Assembly: GCA_035632415.1 (NCBI GenBank) | Contig: DASQGW010000203.1 | Location: 1,176 to 65,175 of the forward strand | Reading direction: 5' to 3' | Length of the DNA stretch: 64,000 bases | Origin: Burkholderiales bacterium | GTDB lineage: Bacteria; Pseudomonadota; Gammaproteobacteria; Burkholderiales; SG8-39 | The notes under the pieces: generated by a model | The model's database searches: none | Seen by the model: the letters and a program-made list of their open reading frames with translations, nothing else | What the model was told of the DNA's origin: nothing | Translations under genes and position numbers: made by a program | Shown here: piece after piece, positions 17,307-26,599 of the stretch | Position numbering within the stretch: position 1 is the first letter of the stretch | Layout: each line of letters opens with the position of its first letter

Positions 17307-17873
17307 TTACTGCCGGCCGCGGCAGCAGCCGTCCTTCGGCACGAACTGCGGGTCGTCCATCAGGTAGGTCTCGCGCACGGTGTGGTCGTCGAGGGAGAGC
17401 TGCACCACGAACCACTTGGGATAGCCGCCGCCCGCGATGAGCATCGGATAGGTCCAGACTTCGCGCTCGAGGGGGTGGTACACCCCCGGCTCGTACGGCG
17501 GACCGAGCAGGTCGCGCACCTGCGTCGCGCTCAAGCCCTTTACGACTTTTCCGATGTTGGCTTCGGTGAGGCGCTGCTCGACGCGGATGAGATGGCCGTC
17601 GGGCGCGATGAGCGCAGCATAGCTCGCGTGGCCCCAGGGAAGCTGCGGGTACCAGTACACCGTCTCGCCATTGGGGCCGATGCGCTTGTCGGCGGGCCGG
17701 CCCATGGTCGCCTCGACATCGCGCACCGTGGATTGGCCCGGAACGAGGTTGTGTCCATCGATGCTCGAGCAGGCCGCGAGCGCGAGGAGAAGTGCCGCCG
17801 CTAATCCGACGGCGAGGCTACTCGCCCTTGCCAGGCTCGGGACTGAAGTACTTCTTGAACTTGTCCTGCTCAT
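17307..17873 (-). CDS. BamE/SmpA-OmlA-like lipoprotein
   Basis: Lipobox LLALAAC. Two GxxxxQVxxxLGxP-like repeats ([28 protein letters not shown]). The start is uncertain: ATG 17873 overlaps the 3' end of fdxA by ~56 nt. Confidence 0.6.
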   Translation of the reverse strand: MSRTSSRSTSVPSLARASSLAVGLAAALLLALAACSSIDGHNLVPGQSTVRDVEATMGRPADKRIGPNGETVYWYPQLPWGHASYAALIAPDGHLIRVEQRLTEANIGKVVKGLSATQVRDLLGPPYEPGVYHPLEREVWTYPMLIAGGGYPKWFVVQLSLDDHTVRETYLMDDPQFVPKDGCCRGRQ

Positions 17874-18156
17874 CCTTGTGCGCATCCGCATCCGCAGGCG
17901 GCGTGCCCTTGCGCGTGATATTAGGCCACTTCACGGCGAACTCGGCGTTCATCTTGAGCCACTTCTCCGCCTTGCCGTCCGAATCCGGGATGATCGCCTT
18001 GGGCGGGCACTCGGGCTCGCAGACGCCGCAGTCGATGCATTCGTCCGGATGGATCACGAGCATGTTGTTGCCCTCGTAGAAGCAGTCGACCGGGCACACT
18101 TCCACGCAGTCCATGTACTTGCACTTGATGCAGTCTTCGGTAACGACGTAAGTCAT
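17818..18156 (-). CDS. fdxA: 7Fe ferredoxin (Azotobacter FdxA type)
   Basis: [29 protein letters not shown]...[14 protein letters not shown]. Confidence 0.9.
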   Translation of the reverse strand: MTYVVTEDCIKCKYMDCVEVCPVDCFYEGNNMLVIHPDECIDCGVCEPECPPKAIIPDSDGKAEKWLKMNAEFAVKWPNITRKGTPPADADAHKDEQDKFKKYFSPEPGKGE

Positions 18157-18304
18157 CTATCTTTTTGTCGAGCGATGCACGTTTTCGGGGTGCGGATTAT
18201 CGCACGTAGAGGCGCCGCGACGCCCGCGTACCAGTTTCGTCTACAGCCAAATCCCTAGGGAATAAAACTCGTTGCCCGCGCACGATCAGCGCCCCATCAT
18301 AGCG

Positions 18305-20275
18305 ATGACGATGAATCATCTTGCACGGCCGCTCGCGCCGTTGCTCATCGGCATCGGCGCGGCGATCCTGGTCCTCACGGCTGGCGTGGAGATCGTGTCG
18401 GCGCTGCGCGCCTGGCTCGCCGGCGGCGGGCCGTGGCCGCGCGAGCTGATGCTGCATGTCCTCATTGCCGGCGCCGCCCTGCTGCTCGCCTCGGCGGTGA
18501 TCATCAACCGGCGCTCGACGCAGCGCATGGAAGAAGCCGAAAGCGCGCTGCGCGAGAGCGAAGAGCGGCTGCGGCTCATCGCCAACAACGTCCCGGCGCT
18601 CATCTCCTACGTTGACCGCGACCAGCGCTACCGCTACTCCAACCGCACCTATGACGAGTGGTTCGGCATCCCGCACGAGGGCATGCAGGGCCGCACGATC
18701 GCCGAAGTGTTCGGCGACCAGGCCTACAGCCGGATGCGCCCGGAAATCGAGCGCGTGCTCGCCGGCGCCAACGTCCAGTTCGAGCTCGCCATGGGAGAAG
18801 GCGAGCGGCGGCGCACGCTGCAGGTCGCCTGCGTGCCGCACCTTGGCACGGAGGGGGAAGACGAAGGCGAGGTGCTCGGCTTCTACGTGCTCGCCAACGA
18901 TGTGACGCAGCTGAAGCGCGCGCAGGAGGACTTGCGCTACGCGGCGATCCAGCTGCAGCACGACGCGCGGCGGCTGGAATTCCTCGCGCACCACGACACC
19001 CTCACCGGGCTCCCCAACCGCGCGATGTTCGCCGAGCGCGCTCGCGAGTCCGTCGCGCACGCGCGCCGCCACCAGAAGACCTGCGCGTTCCTCTTCCTCG
19101 ACCTCGACAACTTCAAGACCGTCAACGACACCCTCGGCCATGACGTGGGCGACTCGCTGCTCAAGATCATCTCGTCGCGCCTGCGCGCTTCGGTCCGCGG
19201 CGAGGACTTCATCGCGCGCATCGGCGGCGACGAGTTCTGCGTGCTGCTCCAGGACATCGCCGATCCGCGCGAAGCCGCCGCCGTCGCGCAGAAGCTCCTG
19301 CACGAGCTCGGCAAGCCCTACCGCATCCGCGAGCACCAGGTGACTTCCGGCGCGAGCATCGGCATCGCGTGCGTGCCGCAGGATGGCGACGACGTCGCGA
19401 CGCTCTTGCGCCTTGCCGACCTTGCGATGTACCGAGCCAAGGAGCTCGGCCGCAACGGCTACCAGTTCTTCTCCGCGATGCTGAACGAAAACGCCGAAGC
19501 GGCGAGCGCCATGGTGGAGGGGCTGCGCCATGGGCTTGCGCGGAACGAGCTGTTCCTCGTCTATCAGCCGCGCGTCGACATCGCGACGCGCCAGGTCGTG
19601 GGCGCCGAGGCGTTGCTGCGCTGGCGCCATCCGCGCTATGGCGTCCTTGCTCCCGAGTCGTTCCTGCCCCTGGCCGACGACACGGGGCTGCTCGTGCCGA
19701 TCGGCGCCTGGGCGCTGCGCGAAGCCTGCCTGCAGGGCAAGCGCTGGATCGACGAGGGCATCGCGCCGCTCAGCGTCGTGGTGAACGTGACCTCGCGGCA
19801 GCTGCGCGACGGGCGCCTCGGCGCCGAAGTGCAGGCGGCGCTCGAGGCGAGCGGCCTGCCGCCCGGGTCGCTTCTGGTCGAGGTGCCCGAGTCGGTCGTG
19901 CGCGAGGTGCCCGAATCGCTCGAGGCTGCGCTGATCGCCATCACCGACCGCGGCGCCCGCCTTTCGGTGGACGACTTCGGCACGGGCTACGCGTCGCTGC
20001 CCGCGCTGCAGCGCCTCCGCGCGAGCACGGTGTGCATCGATCGCAAGCTCATCGCCGGGGTGCCGACCGATGCCGAGCGCGCCGGGCTCGCGCGCGCGCT
20101 CATCGCACTCGCACGGGGCATGAATTTCGAAGTGGTCGCCAAAGGCGTGGAGAGCCACGCACAGCGCGAATTCCTCGCCGACGCCGGCTGCCGTATCTGC
20201 CAGGGCGATCTCTTCGCCGCGCCCAATCCGGCGGACGTCGTTGCGCCCATGCTCAGGGCCCGACTGGCAGCGTAA
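18305..20275 (+). CDS. Membrane-anchored PAS-GGDEF-EAL cyclic-di-GMP signalling protein
   Basis: TM N-terminus, a PAS region (ISYVDRDQRYRYSN...), GGDEF (RIGGDEFCVLL) and EAL (ELFLVYQP..., DDFGTGYASL). Confidence 0.9.
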   Translation: MTMNHLARPLAPLLIGIGAAILVLTAGVEIVSALRAWLAGGGPWPRELMLHVLIAGAALLLASAVIINRRSTQRMEEAESALRESEERLRLIANNVPALISYVDRDQRYRYSNRTYDEWFGIPHEGMQGRTIAEVFGDQAYSRMRPEIERVLAGANVQFELAMGEGERRRTLQVACVPHLGTEGEDEGEVLGFYVLANDVTQLKRAQEDLRYAAIQLQHDARRLEFLAHHDTLTGLPNRAMFAERARESVAHARRHQKTCAFLFLDLDNFKTVNDTLGHDVGDSLLKIISSRLRASVRGEDFIARIGGDEFCVLLQDIADPREAAAVAQKLLHELGKPYRIREHQVTSGASIGIACVPQDGDDVATLLRLADLAMYRAKELGRNGYQFFSAMLNENAEAASAMVEGLRHGLARNELFLVYQPRVDIATRQVVGAEALLRWRHPRYGVLAPESFLPLADDTGLLVPIGAWALREACLQGKRWIDEGIAPLSVVVNVTSRQLRDGRLGAEVQAALEASGLPPGSLLVEVPESVVREVPESLEAALIAITDRGARLSVDDFGTGYASLPALQRLRASTVCIDRKLIAGVPTDAERAGLARALIALARGMNFEVVAKGVESHAQREFLADAGCRICQGDLFAAPNPADVVAPMLRARLAA

Positions 20276-20368
20276 GGCGTAAGAGTCGGTCAGCGGCGAC
20301 ACATGCGCCGCTGGGACCAGCCGCTCGATCCGGCAGGCCGCCGTGACTTGTGTCAGGATTCGCCCCTT

Positions 20369-20863
20369 GTGAATTTCCGCCTGATCGTCGCCGTGCTCGG
20401 TCTCGCTGCGCTCCCCGCGTGGGGACGCGGCGATACGTCGCATTTCGTCGACAAGATTTCCTGCGATTCCGGCCCCTACGGGCTCAAGCTCCCGGACACT
20501 TATGACGCGCTGCGCAAGCTCGGGCCCCTGAAGGGCGAGAAGCTCCTGCGCGAGCAGGACTTCGGCGACTACCGGGCGCGCTACCGCGAGATGCTGTTCA
20601 ATGGCCTGCGCCTGGTGGTGGTGACCTACAGCAACGACCCGGGAAATTACAAGGTCGTGTCGGCGGAGATCCGCAGCCCTCACTGGAAGATCGCCGGCCC
20701 GTTCCGCCCGGGCGCTGCGCTGCCGCCGCGCGTAGGCGACGTCGATACCAAGTCGATCCGCTCGAGTTCCACCGTGGAATTCAGCGGCGATGCGGACACG
20801 GTGCGGGTGCGTCTCGTCGGCCGCAGGGCCTCCGTCCTCACCTACCTCTGCCTGCCGGACTAG
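20369..20863 (+). CDS. Secreted hypothetical protein
   Basis: GTG start gives the signal-like N-terminus VNFRLIVAVLGLAALPAWG. No recognised domain. Confidence 0.5.
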   Translation: MNFRLIVAVLGLAALPAWGRGDTSHFVDKISCDSGPYGLKLPDTYDALRKLGPLKGEKLLREQDFGDYRARYREMLFNGLRLVVVTYSNDPGNYKVVSAEIRSPHWKIAGPFRPGAALPPRVGDVDTKSIRSSSTVEFSGDADTVRVRLVGRRASVLTYLCLPD

Positions 20864-20880
20864 ACTCGGGATTAGACTGA

Positions 20881-20900
20881 GTCTCCTCCCGGGAGGAGAC
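20881..20900 (+). promoter_or_regulatory. Perfect 20-bp palindrome containing the Shine-Dalgarno of the cupin gene
   Basis: GTCTCCTCCC|GGGAGGAGAC ends 1 nt before ATG 20902. Confidence 0.6.
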
Positions 20901-20901
20901 C

Positions 20902-21243
20902 ATGCAAGGCATCAAGGACGCGAGTCACCTGTACGAGGCCGAGCACCGTGCCGAGCACGCCGCGCGGCCGGGCTTCCGCATCACCGAGCTCAAGCTCTCG
21001 GCCAGGCAGAAGGTGCCTTGGCACTACCACAGCAACGTCGCGGACACGTTCTACGTGCTGGAGGGACGGCTGCGCATCTTCCTGCAGAAGCCGAAGCAGG
21101 AAGTTCGGCTCCAGCCGGGCGACACCTTCACCGCCGATGCGCGCCGCCCGCACCTCGTGACGAACGGCGGCGCGAAGCCGGTTACTTTCCTCGTGCTGCA
21201 GGGCATCGGCGAATACGACTTCGTGCCGCTCACCACTCGATAG
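20902..21243 (+). CDS. Cupin-domain protein
   Basis: VPWHYHSNVADTFYVLEGRLRI ... GDTFTADARRPHLVTNGG, i.e. cupin motifs 1 and 2. Confidence 0.75.
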   Translation: MQGIKDASHLYEAEHRAEHAARPGFRITELKLSARQKVPWHYHSNVADTFYVLEGRLRIFLQKPKQEVRLQPGDTFTADARRPHLVTNGGAKPVTFLVLQGIGEYDFVPLTTR

Positions 21244-21253
21244 AAAAGCAGCC

Positions 21254-21574
21254 GTGCAGCCGCTTTTCGTCTTCTGGCCGTACCTGCTTTCGGCGGCCGC
21301 AGTGCTCTTCTGGCTCGCGCTTCTTCGCCGGCACATCGACCGGCGCCTGCAGTACGTCATCGTCGCCTTCGTCGCCTGCACGCTCGTCAACATGGCGATC
21401 GAGTTCGCCGCCGCCTATCTCATCCCCCTCGACGTCGCCGGGACGCCGCCGCCCGATATCCGCAACGTGCAGCTGCGGCTGCTCATCACCGCGGCGATCC
21501 AGGTTCCCGTGTCGCTGGTGCTGGCGTACTACATCGCGGCGCGCACGCGCGTCGACCGCTGGCAGAAGCCCTAG
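21254..21574 (+). CDS. Small integral membrane protein (about 3 TM)
   Basis: Hydrophobic segments LFVFWPYLLSAAAVLFWLALL, YVIVAFVACTLVNMAIEFAAAYLI and LLITAAIQVPVSLVLAYYIA. Confidence 0.5.
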   Translation: MQPLFVFWPYLLSAAAVLFWLALLRRHIDRRLQYVIVAFVACTLVNMAIEFAAAYLIPLDVAGTPPPDIRNVQLRLLITAAIQVPVSLVLAYYIAARTRVDRWQKP

Positions 21575-21592
21575 GGCCTGGAACGCCGATTG

Positions 21593-22108
21593 CTACGCTG
21601 CGAGCACGAAGTCGTACAGGCCCTGCCCGCGCGTCGCCATCTGCATAACGAGCTCGGGCGAAAACAGGCTGTCGCGCTCATTGCCGGGGTTGTTCGGGAA
21701 ATAGAGCTGCGTGGTGAGAATGCGGCCGCCGGGCCGCTGCACCTTCACATGGATGTGCCGCGCGCGACCCGGATACTCGGCCGGCACGATCGTCTCGAGG
21801 CGGTAGCGCCCTTCGGCGTCGGTGAACTGGTGGCCGCGGTAGCGGATGCCGTGGTTGTCGTAATGCCCCCTCTCGTCCGCATGCCAGAAGTCGAGCAGCG
21901 CATGCGCCACCGGCTTGCAGTCCGGCCCGAGCACGCGCCCGGTGACGAGCAGCGTCGCTGCCCTCCCCTCGGCTAACGTGTTGCGCTCGGGCGATTGCGG
22001 CTTGAAGAACGGGCCCTCGGTCTGGCGCTCGGTCGGCTTGCCGCAGCTTTGCGCGAGCGAATATCCCGGCCAGAGGAGCGAAGCAAAGAGGAGCCGGCGT
22101 CGAATCAT
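21593..22108 (-). CDS. Intradiol ring-cleavage dioxygenase-like protein (secreted)
   Basis: TEGPFF, LLDFWHADERGHYD and GRARHIHVKV are protocatechuate/catechol dioxygenase core motifs. ATGA overlap with the upstream MFS gene. Confidence 0.75.
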   Translation of the reverse strand: MIRRRLLFASLLWPGYSLAQSCGKPTERQTEGPFFKPQSPERNTLAEGRAATLLVTGRVLGPDCKPVAHALLDFWHADERGHYDNHGIRYRGHQFTDAEGRYRLETIVPAEYPGRARHIHVKVQRPGGRILTTQLYFPNNPGNERDSLFSPELVMQMATRGQGLYDFVLAA

Positions 22109-23295
22109 GGTTGTTTGCGCACGAGCAGAACATACGCGAGAAAGGACGTCGCCGCGCATAGGAACATGACGGTGGCCATCGGCACGGGGCCGCGGCTCCC
22201 GATCCAGCCGACTCCCGCGCTCGTCAGCACGCCGAATGCCGACTGCGCGGAGCCGAGGAGCGATGACGCCACGCCCGCCCGCTCGCCGAACGGCGCCATC
22301 GCCACCGAGGTCGCGTTCGAGGCGATGAAGCCGACCGATCCGATCATGAAGAAGATCGGGAAGAACACGCCCCAGAAGCCGAGCAGGCCGGTCGCCGAAA
22401 GGAGGAGCAGCACGCTCGCGCCGCCCGCGAGGCCGTACACGCCCCAGCCGAGCACGCGGCCCACTCCATGGTGCGCGACCATGCGGCGGTTGACCTGCGA
22501 CATCGTGATGAAACTCGCCGCGCCGGCGCCGAAATACCAGCCGAACTGCTCCGCCGGCACGCCGAAATACTGGATGTAGACGAAAGGCGCGGAAGCGAGG
22601 TAGGCGAAGAAGGCCCCGAAGGGCGCGATGAAGACGATCACCGGCCCGAGGAATCGGCGGTCGCGGAAAAGCGGCGCGGCGGCCGCGAGCGCGCGCGAAA
22701 GCGTCGCGCTGCGGCGATGCACGGGATGGGTCTCTTCCAGGAAGACCGCCACCAGCACGATGCACATCGCGGCGAACGCGGCGAGGAAGCCGAAGATCCA
22801 GTGCCAGGAGCCCTTGATCAGGATCCAGCCGCCGCCGAGCGGCGCCAGGATCGGCGCTGCGCCCATCACGAGCATCATGAGCGAAAGCACGCGTGCCGAC
22901 TGGATCTCGTCGAAGCGGTCGCGAATCACCGCGCGGATCACGACCATGCCCGAAGCGCCGCCGAGCGCCTGCAGGAAGCGCAGCGCGACGAAATGCCCGA
23001 TCGAGCCCGCCAGGGCGCATCCGGCGGAAGCCAGCATGAAAACCAGAAGCCCGCCGAGCAGCGGCGCCTTGCGGCCGAAGCGATCCGCAACCGGGCCGAA
23101 GCCGAGCTGCCCGATGGCGAGCCCGAGGAGATACGCGGACAGCGTGTGCTGCACGCGCGAGGCGTCGACGGCGAACTCGCGCTGCAGCGTGGGCATCGCC
23201 GGGAGATACATATCCACGGCGAGCGGCCCGATGGCCATGACAAGCCCGAGGACGAGCGTGAGTCGCGCTACATGTCTTTGAGGATCGGACTGCAA
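22105..23295 (-). CDS. Bcr/CflA-family MFS drug efflux transporter
   Basis: GPLAVDMYLPAMP, GPVADRFGRKAPLL, 12-TM layout. TTG start. Confidence 0.85.
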   Translation of the reverse strand: MQSDPQRHVARLTLVLGLVMAIGPLAVDMYLPAMPTLQREFAVDASRVQHTLSAYLLGLAIGQLGFGPVADRFGRKAPLLGGLLVFMLASAGCALAGSIGHFVALRFLQALGGASGMVVIRAVIRDRFDEIQSARVLSLMMLVMGAAPILAPLGGGWILIKGSWHWIFGFLAAFAAMCIVLVAVFLEETHPVHRRSATLSRALAAAAPLFRDRRFLGPVIVFIAPFGAFFAYLASAPFVYIQYFGVPAEQFGWYFGAGAASFITMSQVNRRMVAHHGVGRVLGWGVYGLAGGASVLLLLSATGLLGFWGVFFPIFFMIGSVGFIASNATSVAMAPFGERAGVASSLLGSAQSAFGVLTSAGVGWIGSRGPVPMATVMFLCAATSFLAYVLLVRKQP

Positions 23296-23301
23296 GTGTC
23301 G

Positions 23302-23319
23302 TCCCCGCGAAGGCGGGGA
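23302..23319 (-). terminator. GC-rich hairpin downstream of rtcB (possible terminator, no clear U-tract)
   Basis: TCCCCGC-gaag-GCGGGGA. Confidence 0.3.
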
Positions 23320-23339
23320 TCTCGTTTACAAAATTACGA

Positions 23340-23362
23340 AATTACGTACTTGGTACGGAATT
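23340..23362 (-). repeat. Copy f of the AATTCCGGAC-N3-GTCCKTAATT palindromic repeat family (divergent, with a compensatory pair)
   Basis: The plus strand reads AATTACGTACttgGTACGGAATT. It overlaps the rtcB stop codon. Confidence 0.5.
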
Positions 23363-24557
23363 AGCCTTTGACACAGAGTACCTGCTTCAGGGTGTGCACG
23401 ACTTCCACGAGATCGGACTGGTTCGCCATCACCTCGTCGATGTTCTTGTAGGCGCCGGGGATCTCGTCCAGCACGCCCTTGTCCTTGCGGCAAACCACGC
23501 CCGCCGTCTGCGCCTCGAGGTCCTGCACGGAGAAAGCCTTCTGCGCCGCATTGCGGCTCATCCTGCGGCCGGCACCGTGCGCGCACGACTGGAAGCTCTC
23601 CGCGTTCCCCGTCCCGCGCACGATGTAGCTTCGCGCGCCCATGCTGCCGGGGATGATGCCGAGCTCGCCACGGCCGGCGCGGATCGCACCCTTGCGCGTG
23701 AGCCAGACCCGCTCGCCGTAGTGCGTCTCGCGCGCGACGTAGTTGTGGTGGCAGTTCACCGCTTCGTCGGTCGCCTCGAAAGGCTGCAGGTGCCGATGCA
23801 GCGCCTCGATCACGAGCTCCATCATCTCGTCGCGGTTCGTGTGCGCGTAGTCCTGCGCCCAGCCGACCGCCTCCACGTAATCGTCGAAATGCCTGGCGCC
23901 CTCGGGAAAGTAGGCGAGGTCGCGGTCGGGCAGCTGGATGCGGTTGCGCTCGGCATCGCGGCGCGCGAGCTCGATGAAGTACGAGCCGATCGCATTGCCG
24001 ATGCCCCGGCTGCCCGAGTGCAGCATCACCCACGCGCGGTTCTCCTCGTCGAGGCAGAGCTCGATGAAATGATTGCCGCCGCCGAGCGTGCCGAGCTGGT
24101 TGACCCAGCTCGCCCTCTTGCCCACGCGGTTCTCGACGCCCGGATGGCGCTCGAGGATGCGCTTCAGCCCTTTCTGGAAACGCTTGGCGGCATGTGTTCG
24201 TGCATCGCGGTCCTTATGGCTCTCGAAGCCGACCGGCACGTCGCGACTGATCTGCGCGAACACTTTCCGCAGCGAGGCTTCGTCCAGCTCGTTGCCGGTG
24301 AGCGATAGGCGCCGCGCGATCATGCCGCAGCCGATGTCGACGCCGACGGCCGCGGGGATGATCGCCTGCTTCGTCGGGATCACCGAGCCGACCGTCGCGC
24401 CGATGCCCAGATGCACGTCCGGCATCGCGGCGACGTGGTGGTGCACGATCGGCAGCTTCGAGATGTTGACGAGCTGTTGCCGCGCCGCCGGCTCGATCTC
24501 TCCGGTGTAGACCTTCACCGGCACGAGCCCTTCGTGGATTTCGGTCCTGACGGGCAT
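23361..24557 (-). CDS. rtcB: RNA-splicing ligase RtcB
   Basis: MPDVHLGIGATVGSVIP, GGGNHFIEL, HSGSRGIGN, HNYV, SCAHGAGR. Confidence 0.92.
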   Translation of the reverse strand: MPVRTEIHEGLVPVKVYTGEIEPAARQQLVNISKLPIVHHHVAAMPDVHLGIGATVGSVIPTKQAIIPAAVGVDIGCGMIARRLSLTGNELDEASLRKVFAQISRDVPVGFESHKDRDARTHAAKRFQKGLKRILERHPGVENRVGKRASWVNQLGTLGGGNHFIELCLDEENRAWVMLHSGSRGIGNAIGSYFIELARRDAERNRIQLPDRDLAYFPEGARHFDDYVEAVGWAQDYAHTNRDEMMELVIEALHRHLQPFEATDEAVNCHHNYVARETHYGERVWLTRKGAIRAGRGELGIIPGSMGARSYIVRGTGNAESFQSCAHGAGRRMSRNAAQKAFSVQDLEAQTAGVVCRKDKGVLDEIPGAYKNIDEVMANQSDLVEVVHTLKQVLCVKG

Positions 24558-24576
24558 GATTCAGTATAGTCCGCCG

Positions 24577-24816
24577 ATGGCGACGCAAAATTCGGGCGAG
24601 AGCGAGAAGAACGGCGGCCTGATGCTCGTGCTTTGCCTCCTGCTCGGCATCTTCGGAGCGCACCGGTTCTACGCCGGCAAGACGCGCAGCGCGGTGCTGC
24701 AGCTCGTCACGCTGGGCGGGCTAGGCATCTGGACGCTCGTCGACCTGCTGTTCATCCTTTTCGGGGAGTTCACCGACGCGCAAGGCAGGAAGGTCGATAC
24801 CTGGAAGGAGTTGTAG
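24577..24816 (+). CDS. TM2-domain membrane protein
   Basis: LLLGIFGAHRFYAGKTRSAVLQLVTLGGLGIWTLVDL. The upstream ATG at 24556 is an alternative start. Confidence 0.7.
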   Translation: MATQNSGESEKNGGLMLVLCLLLGIFGAHRFYAGKTRSAVLQLVTLGGLGIWTLVDLLFILFGEFTDAQGRKVDTWKEL

Positions 24817-24881
24817 TTTGATCTAGACCAACCCTCACCTCCGGCTGGAACGTTATATAGCGTTACAAAGGAGGTGGACCC

Positions 24882-26111
24882 ATGACGCATTCGCTCTCGC
24901 GCCGGCGCTTCAACGCGAGCCTGCTGGCCAGCGGCGCCGTTGCCGCGCTGTCGCCTTTCCGCATCGCCCGCGCGCAGGCGGGGGCGCTGAAGATCGCCGT
25001 CCTCAACGACATGAGCAGCGTCTACGCCGATTACCAAGGCGTCGGCTCCGTGATCGCGGCCGAGATGGCGATCGCCGACTACGGCGGCAAGGCCGCCGGG
25101 CGCAAGCTCGAGGTGCTCTCGGCGGACCATCTGAACAAGCCGGACGTCGGCTCGTCGATTGCGCGCAAGTGGCTCGACACCGAAGGCGTCGACATGATTG
25201 CCGACATCCCGAACTCCGCGGTCGCCCTCGCGGTGAGCGAGCTGGTGCGCACGGCCAACAAGGTCTTCATCGGCTCGGGTGCCGGCACCTCGGTGCTGAC
25301 CGGCGAGCGCTGCAGCCCCAACACCGTGCACTGGACCTACGACACCTATGCCCAGGGCCACTCGATCGCCAAGGCGATCATGAAGCGCGGCGGCAAGACC
25401 TGGTTCTTCGTCACGGCCGACTACGCGTTCGGCCACGACCTTGAGAAGCAGGCCGCCGACGAGGTCACGAAGAACGGCGGCAAGGTGCTCGGCACCGTGC
25501 GCCACCCGCTTGGCACCAATGACTTCTCCTCTTTCCTGCTGCGCGCGCAGTCCTCCGGGGCGCAGGTGGTCGCGTTCGCCAACGCCGGCGGCGACCTCAT
25601 CAATTCGCTCAAGCAGGCAGCCGAGTTCAACCTCGGCGCGAAGCAGACCCTGACCGGCCTCATCTTCGACCTGAACGGCGTCGCGCCGCTCGGGCTGCAG
25701 GCCGCGCAAGGGCTGCTTGCCGTCGACCCGTTCTACTGGGACATGAACGACGGTACGCGCGCCTGGTCGCGGCGCTTCCAGGCGCGGCATCCGCAGAAGA
25801 ACATGCCGAACGACATGCAGGCGGGCGTCTATGCCGGGACGCTGCATTACCTCAAGGCGGTGGACAAGGTCGGATCCGCCGCGGACGGCAGAGCGATCGT
25901 CGCGGCGATGAAGTCCATGCCGACCGACGACGCGCTCTTCGGCCGAGGCAACATCCGCGCCGACGGGCGCAAGATGCACCCGATGTATCTCTTCGAGGTG
26001 AAGAAGCCCGCGGAGTCCCGCGGCGACTGGGACTGGTACAAGCTGATCGAGACCATTCCAGCCGAGCAGGCCTTCCGCCCGCTCGGCGAAGGCGGCTGCA
26101 AGCAAGGTTGA
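24882..26111 (+). CDS. ABC transporter substrate-binding protein (branched-chain amino acid / LivJ-like family)
   Basis: Tat-like signal SRRRFNASLLASGAVAAL. Type I periplasmic binding fold pattern (KIAVLNDMSSVYADYQG...). Confidence 0.8.
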   Translation: MTHSLSRRRFNASLLASGAVAALSPFRIARAQAGALKIAVLNDMSSVYADYQGVGSVIAAEMAIADYGGKAAGRKLEVLSADHLNKPDVGSSIARKWLDTEGVDMIADIPNSAVALAVSELVRTANKVFIGSGAGTSVLTGERCSPNTVHWTYDTYAQGHSIAKAIMKRGGKTWFFVTADYAFGHDLEKQAADEVTKNGGKVLGTVRHPLGTNDFSSFLLRAQSSGAQVVAFANAGGDLINSLKQAAEFNLGAKQTLTGLIFDLNGVAPLGLQAAQGLLAVDPFYWDMNDGTRAWSRRFQARHPQKNMPNDMQAGVYAGTLHYLKAVDKVGSAADGRAIVAAMKSMPTDDALFGRGNIRADGRKMHPMYLFEVKKPAESRGDWDWYKLIETIPAEQAFRPLGEGGCKQG

Positions 26112-26168
26112 CCGCCCGTTCGATGGGCCGCACAGGCCGCAAGTACACGATGCCGAGCGCCGCGGGCC

Positions 26169-26597
26169 TCACGGCCGGCTGCCCCAGAAGCGCTCCATCG
26201 CGATGTAGGTGTAGGAGGCCGACCAGCCGATCAGCAGCAATCCGTTCAGCGCCTCCACGCCGGCGACGAGGCGCAGGTCGCCGACCGGGATGACATCGCC
26301 GTAGCCGAGCGAGGTATAGGTCTCGGCGGAAAAGTACAGCGCCGTGTCGAGCGAGAAGCGCCCCGGCTCGCCGAGCGTGCCGAGGTGCGCGTAGCGCACG
26401 AGCGCATAGATCGCGACGGCGTAGAGCAGGATCTCCGCGAGGTGGGCGAGGAAGGCGGCGAAGACCACGACGAGCAGCTTGGCGCGCGACGCGACCGCCA
26501 GGCCGGGCAGCATCGCGCTCAGGCCGTGCAGCACCTCGTAGTGGATCGCGGTGGTCAGCACCACGAGGCAGGCGCAGACCGCGGCAACGATGAGCAT
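26169..26597 (-). CDS. Minimal pore-only potassium channel
   Basis: Selectivity filter TSLGYGD flanked by TM helices. 142 aa with no regulatory domain. Confidence 0.75.
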   Translation of the reverse strand: MLIVAAVCACLVVLTTAIHYEVLHGLSAMLPGLAVASRAKLLVVVFAAFLAHLAEILLYAVAIYALVRYAHLGTLGEPGRFSLDTALYFSAETYTSLGYGDVIPVGDLRLVAGVEALNGLLLIGWSASYTYIAMERFWGSRP

Positions 26598-26599
26598 CG

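Noticed and set aside
18197-20683. 828-aa ORF on the minus strand
   Set aside because: It is the antisense shadow of the PAS-GGDEF-EAL gene in GC-rich DNA. The translation is low-complexity (R/A/G/E-rich) with no motifs, whereas the plus-strand frame has clear GGDEF and EAL signatures.
23302-23319. Clean intrinsic terminator for rtcB
   Set aside because: The stem is good but no U-tract follows on the rtcB strand. It is kept only as a low-confidence feature.
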